From a virus (taxonomy: Duplodnaviria > Caudoviricetes), in the IMG/VR virus record IMGVR_UViG_3300013119_000172, positions 1 to 53,641 of that record: a stretch of 53,641 nucleotides of DNA. One strand, given 5' to 3'. Under the pieces are notes generated by a model. That model saw nothing but the letters and a program-made list of their open reading frames with translations. It searched no databases and was not told the origin of the DNA. Shown in pieces: positions 35,779 through 45,228 of the stretch. The position numbers were made by a program, and so were the translations under genes. Numbering within the stretch: the first letter of the stretch is position 1; each line of letters starts with the position of its first letter.

Positions 35779-36685
35779 TGCGGTCTTCTTGTTCAGCCTC
35801 TTTCAAGAGAGATTGGATATCTAGACCAGCACAGTCAATTTTGCGCTTGCTAATGTGATAGTGGCTTACAAAGCCGGAAAATGACCCATAAGCTACCTCT
35901 TGTTCATATCCTTTAGAGAATGTACCAAATTGGTTCACTGGGGTTTCATACGACACCCCTGTCGCTTCATGAACTGCTGTCCATAACGCCTTTAGTGCTT
36001 CCTTTTGAATTGGATAAAAGTCTGTGAATGGTTCTAGTTCGTTGCCGTGGACTCTTGCGCCCTCGATGATCGGTCGTTCGCCAAATCCATTTCTCTTATA
36101 CCAGTCTTGATATTTCGGATAATAGGCATTTGATATCTCTACTCCAATAGATGCTCTATTTGTCCGCGAACTTCCAGCATGAAAGGCAGCATGTTGAATG
36201 TCTAGCGTTTGATATATTGTGCCGTCATTGTCGATCATAAAGTGAATAGAGAGACCCTTTTTGCCCATAACTCCGTGACAAGAGCGAGAAGACAAACAAA
36301 CATCCCAGTGATTCACGAAGTATCTCACTTTGCGTCTAGGGCGACCAGTATAATCGTAATACGAGTTGTCTCTGGCCTTCATCCCTCCGCATTCAGACCA
36401 CAAAACAACCTTATCCCATCGAATGGGAACAAAGTCATTGTTGTAAACAATATAATTGGAATATTGAAGATCTTCTGGTTTGTGCCTGTCTATTGTTGAT
36501 TGGCGCTCAGTCCACATTCTTCGAAATGTTGCTGGACCACACAAGCCGTCAACACCAATAAGGTGACTACGTTGCCACTTCTTAATTGCTCTCACCAATT
36601 TGTCATCAAAGTGTTTTTCACCAAACCAAGATGGGTTCCATCCTAATTGAGCTGCCGATGCCCTATTATAAAAGTCTTTATCCAT
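35744..36685 (-). CDS. Endolysin: peptidoglycan-binding domain plus N-acetylmuramoyl-L-alanine amidase (Amidase_2)
   Basis: AIKKWQ...VDGLCGPAT; VNHWD, SIHFMIDNDGTIYQ, AFHAG, N..SIGVEI, SHYH...KIDC. Confidence 0.9.
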   Translation of the reverse strand: MDKDFYNRASAAQLGWNPSWFGEKHFDDKLVRAIKKWQRSHLIGVDGLCGPATFRRMWTERQSTIDRHKPEDLQYSNYIVYNNDFVPIRWDKVVLWSECGGMKARDNSYYDYTGRPRRKVRYFVNHWDVCLSSRSCHGVMGKKGLSIHFMIDNDGTIYQTLDIQHAAFHAGSSRTNRASIGVEISNAYYPKYQDWYKRNGFGERPIIEGARVHGNELEPFTDFYPIQKEALKALWTAVHEATGVSYETPVNQFGTFSKGYEQEVAYGSFSGFVSHYHISKRKIDCAGLDIQSLLKEAEQEDRIERSTRVCESD

Positions 36686-36778
36686 TCACAAAAGTCCCCC
36701 TTTTATTACGCTACTGATGTAAATAGTTCATTATTTGAATACAAAGACAAAATGAGACAAGATCCGATACTTATCTAG

Positions 36779-37069
36779 TCACTCAACGATACCCATTACA
36801 TAATTTTCCAGAACTACCTGGTAGGAAGAGCCATTGAACGTGATCTCTTCTACCATGCTCCGGTCTACAACAATGTTGGACGATCTGCTTAGAGCTGTGT
36901 TGAATTTTACGTCATCTGCCCAGTCAATCAATTTTACTACCGTATATTGCTCTTCTTCTGGTTTGTAATCCGATGGCAGTACGATACCACTTGGTGTCTC
37001 ATTTTGTTTACCCGAATTCATCTCTATCAATAGGTGACGATTTAATGGGCTAAAGTTTACCGATTTCAT
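36779..37069 (-). CDS. groES: Co-chaperonin GroES-like protein
   Basis: FSPLNRHLLIE, mobile loop ETPSGIVLP, C-terminal YQVVLENYVMGIV; 96 aa. Confidence 0.82.
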   Translation of the reverse strand: MKSVNFSPLNRHLLIEMNSGKQNETPSGIVLPSDYKPEEEQYTVVKLIDWADDVKFNTALSRSSNIVVDRSMVEEITFNGSSYQVVLENYVMGIVE

Positions 37070-37280
37070 TGCTTAATGTCCTTTTGTGTGTTTTAAAATC
37101 TTCCTCAGTGAGAAAAATATCTTGTCTGCGCCTACAATTGCGGCACGATAGTTGAATGTGAATATTGTCGCCAATCATGGCTCTGGGATCGCCAACAGGC
37201 TGGTAATAGCACTCTTTGTGGCCAAGTGAGTGACATACTTTCTTGTTCGATTCTTCTGTTATGAGATGGTTAAAATTCAT
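37050..37280 (-). CDS. Small Cys-containing hypothetical protein
   Basis: Start MNFNHL just after the nrdJ stop; C, C and CxxC. Confidence 0.6.
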   Translation of the reverse strand: MNFNHLITEESNKKVCHSLGHKECYYQPVGDPRAMIGDNIHIQLSCRNCRRRQDIFLTEEDFKTHKRTLSNEIGKL

Positions 37281-37287
37281 CTTTCTC

Positions 37288-39255
37288 TCACAATACACAC
37301 GAATCGTTGGTGCAGAACTTTTCGCCAGCGCCCTCTTGTTCGGTCTCAAGCTTCGTGATTGGTGTAATCTTTTTTATCATCTCGTTGTATTGCTCTTGTG
37401 TGATTGGTTCATATGGTGCTTGTTCATAGCCTGTCTCTTGGTATTTCAAAAAAGAAACTGCCTTTAGGCGTGTCTCGTACATCTCCAAAGCAGATTCAAT
37501 AGAGTCAGCTTCATTGTCTTGGAAAGTTACTGTCACAGATACTGCGTTATCCGCCCAATAGTATTGATATTGAGCAGCGGTCTCAAGTTGTTCCCACATT
37601 GAAACATCTTTTTTGCTCTTTGAATAGAAGGGCTCCTGAACAGGAAACTCTACACACATAGTATTAGGTGAATAGGCATCCTTCTCTATAGTATATCCAG
37701 CTTCTTCTAGTTTGTTTAACATTTCAGAATCTTGTGAGAATCTGATACGACGAATATAATATTCACTCTCTGGGTAGTGGATCCCTGGGGTTGAGCCATT
37801 TAGGAGGCTGACGGTGCCACTGGGCTTTATTGAAGTCATTTTGATCGACCTTGGGACACAGAGCCAATTTGAATATTCTTCATCAAGTTCGTTTATTCGC
37901 TTATAGGCATCATCGCACCACTGAAACATTGTGCGTTTGCCGAACTTATTAAAAGCTTGAATAATGCCCGATTGTGAGAGTCCAATTCTTCTGTTCTTCA
38001 ACATCATTGCATTAGTTTCTGGCCAATGTGTGTTGGTCAATGTTATTGTTTTTGCATACATATATGCACACTTGAGCGTCTTTAAATAATCATCGTAGTT
38101 TTCATGCTTTGCGGGGAATGTCTCCGTTAGGCAGCATAATTCAGCATTATGGAGACTTTGCTCTACGCATGGATTGAACCCAACCACTTCTTTATCTTTA
38201 TAATCTGGAGCATCTTTCATTCTACCATATGCTCTAGCGTTTTCTAGCCAGATATAGCCTGGTTCACCGTTAGTCTGAGTTTGTTTCGCATGCCAAGAGT
38301 AGTCCATTCCCTCAACAGCACTAAATGAGTTATTTGAGCCCCATCGGTGGTGATAGAGTTTTTCTTGATCATTTTTCATCTCCAAGTAGTGCTTGTCGTC
38401 GTAGGAGCCAATAGCAAGGGCAGCAGACCGTCTAACATTACCAGCTACTACACAACGACCTATCATATTTTCAATATCTACGATATCCACAGACGTAATA
38501 GGTTCGCCTATATTGGGAGTTAAAAGCCCAATTAGATCTTCATGGAGTTCTTTTAAGGGACCGTGGCCACTCGAAGTTCCACCAAAGCCCAAAATCAAAG
38601 CGCCTTTTGCTCTAATGGCGGAATAGTCAAACTTTGGCACTTGTGAGCCCAACAAGAACCCATCCAATAATTGACGGACAGAATTAACCCAGCCTTCACG
38701 CGAGTCTTCAATAATAAGTGTATCGCCTGTATACATTGGTTCCTTGATTACGACTGTGCCAGCTCCAAGTGTATCAAACCCGACACCAACTCCTAGCATC
38801 AAGGCATCCATAATCCAAGCGTAAAGGTATCCACCCTTTGTGGCTAAATCGGCTGTAGTTCTAAAGCCGCAATTGAACAGGGCTGCACCTGTTCGCTCTT
38901 CGGCAAACTTTGTGCCGGTCATCCATAGTCCGCGCCCAGGTGGTGTCCACTTGAGATTAAAAAGTCTATCATACGCATCTTTCGCTGTTCGCTGTGCTTT
39001 TGAATCATTCCACTCAAGGCCAAGCCTAACAACATGTTTCTTTTGAATGTTAAACATTCCTTCGATAACACGGCGACAAGTTTGCCACCATTCTTCTGTG
39101 CCTGTTGCGTTGGGCTCAAATTCATTTAGGCGTCGAGCATATGTGCGCTTAAATGTCACATACCCTAGCGGGCCCCAGGGGACTTCGGCGGATGTATATG
39201 GTTCTAGGAACGTCTCCGATAGACGAAACCTGCGTATGTTCTCTTCTGTTCTCAT
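37288..39255 (-). CDS. nrdJ: Class II adenosylcobalamin-dependent ribonucleotide reductase (monomeric type)
   Basis: RTYAR, PPGRGLW, FNC, GNVRRSA, NPCVEQ, KPSGTVS, C-terminal CTNDSC. Confidence 0.95.
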   Translation of the reverse strand: MRTEENIRRFRLSETFLEPYTSAEVPWGPLGYVTFKRTYARRLNEFEPNATGTEEWWQTCRRVIEGMFNIQKKHVVRLGLEWNDSKAQRTAKDAYDRLFNLKWTPPGRGLWMTGTKFAEERTGAALFNCGFRTTADLATKGGYLYAWIMDALMLGVGVGFDTLGAGTVVIKEPMYTGDTLIIEDSREGWVNSVRQLLDGFLLGSQVPKFDYSAIRAKGALILGFGGTSSGHGPLKELHEDLIGLLTPNIGEPITSVDIVDIENMIGRCVVAGNVRRSAALAIGSYDDKHYLEMKNDQEKLYHHRWGSNNSFSAVEGMDYSWHAKQTQTNGEPGYIWLENARAYGRMKDAPDYKDKEVVGFNPCVEQSLHNAELCCLTETFPAKHENYDDYLKTLKCAYMYAKTITLTNTHWPETNAMMLKNRRIGLSQSGIIQAFNKFGKRTMFQWCDDAYKRINELDEEYSNWLCVPRSIKMTSIKPSGTVSLLNGSTPGIHYPESEYYIRRIRFSQDSEMLNKLEEAGYTIEKDAYSPNTMCVEFPVQEPFYSKSKKDVSMWEQLETAAQYQYYWADNAVSVTVTFQDNEADSIESALEMYETRLKAVSFLKYQETGYEQAPYEPITQEQYNEMIKKITPITKLETEQEGAGEKFCTNDSCVL

Positions 39256-40055
39256 TTCTTATTTCCTTTCTTGATAATCTTGTTGCTTTTTTTAACATTT
39301 TCAAGCGCACATAAAGGGCGCAAGTTCTCCAGCGCCCAGCACTTCTGAAAGTTGGGGTGCTGCATACTGTCGTAAGCTAGCATGGAGTGGGGGTAAATGT
39401 GATCAATATGCCAAGTTCTTCTCTCCTTGGAGATTACTCCATAATTCTCCCACTTCATCCAGTCTTCAAATTGTGATTCTATATGATCTTTGAGTATCTG
39501 TGGGGTGTATGGAAGATGCTCGAAAACACTTTGGCCAGCCTTGGCATCGCCTATTGTCGCCCGAATTCGCCTGGAGATGTTGTTGTGCAGCTTGTAACTT
39601 GGGTTGGTACGCCGAATGGCGGCATCTCTTCTATCTCTTTGACGGCATAAATCCAAATTCTCCTCCCTGTATCTTCTTTTGCGGTCTCTTGTTTTTTCGG
39701 CGGTGCGTTTTTCGTATTCCGCTGCACGAGCCCTAATACTCTCTCTGTTCTTCTTGTAATATTCTTTTTTCTGTTTTGCAATCTTCTCTTTGTTCTTGGT
39801 TCTCCAAGTGTCTTTATCACGGAGGAATTTCTCTCGATTCTCACTCTGCCAAACAGCAACCCGTTTGGAGATCTTCTCTTTGTTCTCAATGTAGTATCTT
39901 TTGGCCTCGATCTGAAGCCTCTCTTTGTTTTCCATTCTCCACTCGCGTTGACACCCTTTACAGCTGCTTGATAATCCCGACTTTACTGAACGGCAGATTG
40001 TAAATTCATCTGCGGCTTTCTCTGTTTTGCATTTTGAGCAAGCTTTAGATTTCAT
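39252..40055 (-). CDS. Free-standing HNH homing endonuclease
   Basis: N-terminal CSKC..CKGC, K/R/E/Y repeats, WENYG..WHIDHIYP..NLRPL...N..KSNK. Confidence 0.88.
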   Translation of the reverse strand: MKSKACSKCKTEKAADEFTICRSVKSGLSSSCKGCQREWRMENKERLQIEAKRYYIENKEKISKRVAVWQSENREKFLRDKDTWRTKNKEKIAKQKKEYYKKNRESIRARAAEYEKRTAEKTRDRKRRYREENLDLCRQRDRRDAAIRRTNPSYKLHNNISRRIRATIGDAKAGQSVFEHLPYTPQILKDHIESQFEDWMKWENYGVISKERRTWHIDHIYPHSMLAYDSMQHPNFQKCWALENLRPLCALENVKKSNKIIKKGNKK

Positions 40056-40140
40056 CTCTTTCTCCTGTGTAAATAGACACTCAAAAATGAAAAGATCAAA
40101 AACCGAATTCTCGCTAGCGAAACAGTGTTATGACACCCTT

Positions 40141-41511
40141 CTACTTCTTTCTCAATTTTGTGTATTTTTGTCTCAACAATTCTTGTTGCTGTTTCGCCCC
40201 GAGGGCAGGCATACCCCCTGAAACGCCGCTAATGGCCCCCTGAGCACGGGGCATAACTTTAATACACACATTCGATGTATCCATAAAAATATCATAAATT
40301 ATCCCATCTGGGCCGTTCCTATTCTTTGCTATAAACATCTTGCCTTGGTTATTCTGTTTGTCCTCAATGGTTCTTGAGATAGAGAGAATAAAGTCAGCCA
40401 CAAAGCACTTATTGAACGCTTCAGATATTTGCTCCATTGTGATTACTTCGGCGTTAAGGCCCGATCTGTTGGTTTGAGAAGCTGTCCAAACTGGACACTT
40501 GAATTCTGTTGAGATTCCTCGCAACTCTTCATAAATAGACTCCAATTCATTTCTCTTTTCTTTTCTCACTACAACTGGGCGCAAAAGATCGGCATAGTCA
40601 ACAATTATCATTCCTGGATTAATTCCACGCTTTACAAGCCGAGATAGGTGTGCTCTGATCGTCTGTGTTGTAGCTGATTTGGTTGGATACTCCTTAATGA
40701 TCAATTTGCCATTGATGCCCTTTACTTTTTCATATATTTCGTCCTTGAAAGAAGTTAAGCTTGACAAAGGGAAGCCAGTGATACAGCTATCGTAGCGGCT
40801 TGCTATCACTGTCTCTTGTAGTTCCATTGTATAGTGAACAACAACCTTTTCTTCTTTTAGTGCCTGTGCTCCCAAGTGGACCAGCACCATGCTCTTACCA
40901 GCACCCGTGGGAGCTATGACAACCCCCATCTCACTCACCCCAAGTCCACCACCAGTAATGCCATCTACTTCTTTCCACCCTGTTGTCACTGGCTTTCTGA
41001 ATTTTGGAACAAACCTAGCTTCAAAGTCGGCTAGGTAATCATAACCAAAATTATTATCTGAGCCTAATTTAATAGCATTATTGATTGTGTTCGAAATCTC
41101 ATCAAAGGAACAAGTCTGTAGCAGTCCTACCGACTTCAGCATCGCCTCTTTCAAATTCTGCTTTCTGCAAAATTCTAGCGACGACTCTTTGATATACTCT
41201 ACATCAGTTGGTTCTCTGTTGTGTATGCGACTAAAATAATCTAAAACCTGTTGCTTGACTGTCTCATCTTCTTCTTCTAATTCTGTACGGAGTATCGAGA
41301 TCATTGCTTCCATTGATGGATGCTTGTCGTATTTACTTCGAAAGTTGATCACCTTGGCTGCAAACAGCCTTAAGTACTCAAGCTCTAAGAAGTCGAGATC
41401 TAATACCTCGGTTATTTGATCGGCAAAAGGACGATCTTCAAAGATTAATTGAACTAATCCCTCTTGAAACGATTTGCCATATTTGCCGAAGTTTATGTTT
41501 GCTGGTGACAT
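40141..41511 (-). CDS. Replicative DNA helicase (DnaB / T4 gp41-like)
   Basis: APTGAGKS, TMEL, IKEYPT, IVDYAD, TASQTNR, KNRNG. Confidence 0.93.
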   Translation of the reverse strand: MSPANINFGKYGKSFQEGLVQLIFEDRPFADQITEVLDLDFLELEYLRLFAAKVINFRSKYDKHPSMEAMISILRTELEEEDETVKQQVLDYFSRIHNREPTDVEYIKESSLEFCRKQNLKEAMLKSVGLLQTCSFDEISNTINNAIKLGSDNNFGYDYLADFEARFVPKFRKPVTTGWKEVDGITGGGLGVSEMGVVIAPTGAGKSMVLVHLGAQALKEEKVVVHYTMELQETVIASRYDSCITGFPLSSLTSFKDEIYEKVKGINGKLIIKEYPTKSATTQTIRAHLSRLVKRGINPGMIIVDYADLLRPVVVRKEKRNELESIYEELRGISTEFKCPVWTASQTNRSGLNAEVITMEQISEAFNKCFVADFILSISRTIEDKQNNQGKMFIAKNRNGPDGIIYDIFMDTSNVCIKVMPRAQGAISGVSGGMPALGAKQQQELLRQKYTKLRKK

Positions 41512-41539
41512 CTTTCCTCACTTGTCTATTGTAGCTTAT

Positions 41540-41567
41540 ATTATAACACGCTCACTACCAAAGTCAA
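41540..41567 (-). promoter_or_regulatory. Sigma70-type promoter TTGACT-16-TATAAT for the helicase
   Basis: Intergenic, TG extension. Confidence 0.75.
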
Positions 41568-41570
41568 GCA

Positions 41571-42557
41571 CTAAGTCACTCTTTTTCGCTTCTCTGAACA
41601 CTCTCGACTAATAAGAGCCAAATGTGTCCTCAGTGTTTCCCAATTTAGCTCCCCAAAGCCATCGATATTCATCATCTTAATGATCTCTGTTCTATTAAAC
41701 TCACACTCAAAATTATTCACGGTATACTCAACATGTTGTTTTGATTGTATTGAAAGCTGAGGAGCATACAATTGCATTAGTTTATAATTGTGGCGTATTG
41801 TATCTTGTTCTTCAATTATGCGAGATAAGACTTTTAATTTATTTTCTGACTCCTCGCAAGTTTGAACAATATCATCTAGCGTGTAGTCCTTGGCTTCTGC
41901 AAGATATGGAAATCTCTTCTTTATTGTTCCGAATCCTACGCCCCTGACGCCTTTAAGGTTGTCTGACTTGTCACCAATAATTGCCCTAGCTAACGCCATG
42001 TTTGTTGGGTGAACTCCAGTTTCTTCCACAACTCTGCCAGAATTTAAGAACTCATCTTTTGTTGGCCTCCATAAGACAGTTTCGTCATCACAAAGCTGCA
42101 TGAAATCCTTGTCATTAGAGACGACAATCTTCTGCCAGCCTTTGTAATATGACATTTGAGTCAAATAGGCAATTACATCATCTGCTTCGATATCTGGCAC
42201 CATAAATTGAATCACCGGCATCGAATTAAGATATTCAACAATACGAGCGTGTTGCCACATTTTGTTTTGTAGCTCTTCGTTCTCTGTAAGGTTCCGTATC
42301 GATCTATTTAATCGAACTGGCTTACGACCCGCTTTATATTTTTTGTCCATAGTACGGCGCTTCCTAGAGCCATTGGGGCCATCCCATACGACTATGATCT
42401 GACTGGGCTTAGTGACACGAACAAGTTTCTGTAAGATCTTCGTAAAGCCCTTGAGGCCGCCAATTGGGCTTCCATTAAGAGACAAACTAGGATCAACTAT
42501 ATAAGCTCGTAAATATGCGTTCAGGCCATCGATGATTAGTACTCGTTGTTTTTCCAT
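41571..42557 (-). CDS. 5'-3' exonuclease / flap endonuclease (Pol I N-terminal or T4 RNase H-like)
   Basis: LIIDG, VWDG, YKAGR, EADD, SNDKDF.QL, GDKSDN..GV.GVG. Confidence 0.93.
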   Translation of the reverse strand: MEKQRVLIIDGLNAYLRAYIVDPSLSLNGSPIGGLKGFTKILQKLVRVTKPSQIIVVWDGPNGSRKRRTMDKKYKAGRKPVRLNRSIRNLTENEELQNKMWQHARIVEYLNSMPVIQFMVPDIEADDVIAYLTQMSYYKGWQKIVVSNDKDFMQLCDDETVLWRPTKDEFLNSGRVVEETGVHPTNMALARAIIGDKSDNLKGVRGVGFGTIKKRFPYLAEAKDYTLDDIVQTCEESENKLKVLSRIIEEQDTIRHNYKLMQLYAPQLSIQSKQHVEYTVNNFECEFNRTEIIKMMNIDGFGELNWETLRTHLALISRECSEKRKRVT

Positions 42558-42820
42558 TAGACCTTCTGTAAGTCTGAGATCATGGAGTCGACGTCTAATT
42601 TGCGGATTGAGCTCCACTTAAACCAATCGTATTCTGGATTCAAGCCTTCATTACGAAGATCGGCTTTCCAGTTGTTGTATTTTTGGCGTGTTTCGTCATT
42701 GATCCAATCGACCTTGACATATTTCCAGCCGCCCTCTGTTTTTTCTTCTCTCACCGTTCCAAATAAAAGGCTCAGATCACCATACGTGGTCCAAACCTTT
42801 TGCCCTATTAAAGTGTCCAT
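42557..42820 (-). CDS. Small SH3-like hypothetical protein
   Basis: AGGAG RBS; IGQKVW...FGTV...YVKVDW. Confidence 0.7.
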   Translation of the reverse strand: MDTLIGQKVWTTYGDLSLLFGTVREEKTEGGWKYVKVDWINDETRQKYNNWKADLRNEGLNPEYDWFKWSSIRKLDVDSMISDLQKV

Positions 42821-42844
42821 TTAATCTCCTATGGTTACTCTATT

Positions 42845-42873
42845 ATTATAATCTATTTTTTGTTGTTTGTCAA
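42845..42873 (-). promoter_or_regulatory. Perfect sigma70 promoter TTGACA-17-TATAAT
   Basis: Exact consensus. Confidence 0.9.
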
Positions 42874-43533
42874 GTGTTCTTTTATGGCCTTTTCGGCAAT
42901 CTTTGCAACTGCCCATCTAGAATTTCGAGATAAGCCCTTATAAGTCTCCAGATGTTCAGATACCTCTTTAAAAACAAATGGGCGACGCTTAACACGACTC
43001 ATAAATTCTGCCTCTTCTCCGCCAGTAAAATCGCCAACAGGCTCTTTTCTGCCCAAGCCAGGCCAAGCTTCATTGGTTCCTAGCAAATAAGCTTCTCTCC
43101 CTCCACGTGGAATAATCAGCACCGAATCTTGACAAAACATTGCCGATAACGATCCTAAAGTGTCAGCAAATTTTGGATCATCTGTATAATTTACAACAAA
43201 GAAGCTCTCTTCAGCAACTTCTATAGATGGGTGCTTCTTTTTATCTTTTGAATTAAAATTCTCAATATAAGAGCCATCTATTGTAGTTACACCAAATCCC
43301 TTTTTCAGCAAAATAGCTCGCAGAGCTCTATTCCTTTCAAAATTGACATCCGCATCTTCATCCTTTTCTGTCCCTATTGATGGAACATCAAGCACACATT
43401 GGTGACGTGAACGCGGCGAATTGCGGTGTCCTGTGATAATTGCAGACTCGTGTTCTGAAATGTGTTGGTGTATTCTGCTCAGGCCGGATTCTCTGATATT
43501 TGATTTCTTCCAGTTTTCAATTATTTTCTTCAT
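42853..43533 (-). CDS. Phage protein with ENW..E leader (possibly DUF3293-like)
   Basis: ESGLSRI..IITGHR..RN..L...GSYIE..EESFFV..QDSVL pattern familiar from large phages; family assignment tentative. Confidence 0.65.
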   Translation of the reverse strand: MKKIIENWKKSNIRESGLSRIHQHISEHESAIITGHRNSPRSRHQCVLDVPSIGTEKDEDADVNFERNRALRAILLKKGFGVTTIDGSYIENFNSKDKKKHPSIEVAEESFFVVNYTDDPKFADTLGSLSAMFCQDSVLIIPRGGREAYLLGTNEAWPGLGRKEPVGDFTGGEEAEFMSRVKRRPFVFKEVSEHLETYKGLSRNSRWAVAKIAEKAIKEHLTNNKK

Positions 43534-44063
43534 TCTTGGTCTCCGTAAAAATCATCAGCTAACTTAGTGGCAGGGACTTTCTCCCACAGAGCCACTATCG
43601 TAGTGTCTGGATCTTTGTCCTGCGGATAGATAAACCCTTTCATTCCATGCTTTCGTGAAGCCATGGTGGCCACCATTTCAAATGTATTTACAGGATAATA
43701 TTTGGGCTTCTTTGTTTCTTTCTCTCTTATCTCCAAGTACTCTTTTTTGCTGTCCGGGAAGGATAGCTTTAGAGGATCTTCGTAGATTGGGTACAGCTCG
43801 GAACTCTTTATTTTTACTTCGTAAGCATGCTCTCCTTGTATCTTGCCGACACCTGCATCTTCTTGCGACATCTGTGTAAAATAAAAAACTCTTGGACGAT
43901 CCCAGGCTCGGTACTCTGCTTTCGTGTAGTTCTTTAAATTCTTGGCGGCTATTTCTGGATCTAATTCGGTAATGTCTGGCGATGATGATATATGATACAA
44001 GATCATTTCATCAGATTCTTCTTCTTGGAGGTAACTGTTCCAATTCTCAAACAAATGTTTCAT
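43530..44063 (-). CDS. Putative ADP-ribosyltransferase-fold protein with ENW..E leader
   Basis: LYHIS strand, VFYFT strand and YEVKI strand in ART order. Confidence 0.55.
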   Translation of the reverse strand: MKHLFENWNSYLQEEESDEMILYHISSSPDITELDPEIAAKNLKNYTKAEYRAWDRPRVFYFTQMSQEDAGVGKIQGEHAYEVKIKSSELYPIYEDPLKLSFPDSKKEYLEIREKETKKPKYYPVNTFEMVATMASRKHGMKGFIYPQDKDPDTTIVALWEKVPATKLADDFYGDQE

Positions 44064-44091
44064 TTTTTATCCTCTCGGACATAAATAGTCT

Positions 44092-45228
44092 CTACTTATC
44101 GTCTTTGTCGGTAGGATCTTCATAAAAGTCGGCTGCTTTGCCTTCTCGCTTGTCGAACTTTTGGACGATATGTTCTTCTACAATCTCGTGTATTAATGCC
44201 TTGAACTCTGGCTTAGCCATTTGCTTCATCCAAGTTCCTGGTTGGAATTTAATGTGTTTGTCGGTGTCCTCGTCGATATGATACCAGCTTCCCCTACTGC
44301 ACACCCTCTTAGAGCCCTTTATTGCTTCAAATAGGCTTTCGTCATTTTGGATGCCGATATTGTCTGTTCCCCAGAGAATTTTGAAAAAGCAATTTCGACC
44401 TTGTGTCCCAAAGCGTGATTTCTCAATCTTACATTTTACTTCTGAGCCTATTCGAAATCCATTCTCATCTTGAACAAAGGCAGCCTTTGATTTACGACCT
44501 GTAAGCCATATGCGCAATGAGTATGAATAATGCAAAGCCTTGCCACCGGGAGTGACATACGGAGTCGTCATTACAATCTGTCGCGCCATCGGCCCCTGTG
44601 GAATGTTTGTTTTCAACTGGTTTAATATAAGCAGAGTTGCTTGTCTGTCGGCAAGTGGTATGATAAGTTTTGACATTCCTTTGGCAAGAATACGAGCTTT
44701 TACTGCGACAGAAGATTGAGGATTGAAGTCACCTTCCACATCTGAGATTGACGGCGTGAATGCCAACGAATCCCAAATGAAAACCATCTGTTCCTCTGAT
44801 GCACCTAGTAAGTCTTCTATTGTCTCTAGGACAAACTCAACTGACGATGCTTGAATGTACATCAGGCGCGACAAGTCGCAGCCAGAACGTTCTAAAAAGT
44901 CTGGATCGATGGCCGACTCAGAATCAAAATAAACAACGATTTTATTCATTTTTTGGGCGTTGGCGGCGATTTGGGCAGCCATGTAACTTTTACCGGTAGA
45001 TGTAAGCCCTGCCAACTCACTGACCTTCCCAACTGGAATACCGGACATCTTACCCTTGCAAATAATAGAATCTAGCCATCGGCTGCCGGTCGGGATCCAT
45101 TCCTTGACTTCTGTGGGGTTGTTGCCCGATAGATCGTGGGCAACATCTCTACCTGCCTTCTTATTGACAAGTTTCATTAGGTCTTTCATTGACACCCGAC
45201 CGGCTTTAGTTTCTTTTTTCTTACTCAT
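44092..45228 (-). CDS. recA: RecA/UvsX recombinase
   Basis: IPTGS..LD, GLTSTGKS, DSE, WDSL, LNQ, TPGGKAL. Confidence 0.94.
   Translation of the reverse strand: MSKKKETKAGRVSMKDLMKLVNKKAGRDVAHDLSGNNPTEVKEWIPTGSRWLDSIICKGKMSGIPVGKVSELAGLTSTGKSYMAAQIAANAQKMNKIVVYFDSESAIDPDFLERSGCDLSRLMYIQASSVEFVLETIEDLLGASEEQMVFIWDSLAFTPSISDVEGDFNPQSSVAVKARILAKGMSKLIIPLADRQATLLILNQLKTNIPQGPMARQIVMTTPYVTPGGKALHYSYSLRIWLTGRKSKAAFVQDENGFRIGSEVKCKIEKSRFGTQGRNCFFKILWGTDNIGIQNDESLFEAIKGSKRVCSRGSWYHIDEDTDKHIKFQPGTWMKQMAKPEFKALIHEIVEEHIVQKFDKREGKAADFYEDPTDKDDK

Noticed and set aside
5657-42617. Longest-ORF starts for several genes (6214, 10738, 17684, 18477, 24837, 27706, 33439, 34335, 37349, 42617)
   Set aside because: Most extensions overlap upstream genes and lack an RBS; downstream starts with an RBS or coupling were used instead.
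29987-45228. Inteins or introns in dnaE, nrdJ, helicase or recA
   Set aside because: Protein lengths are ordinary, motifs are contiguous, and no intein C...HN junctions or LAGLIDADG blocks were seen.
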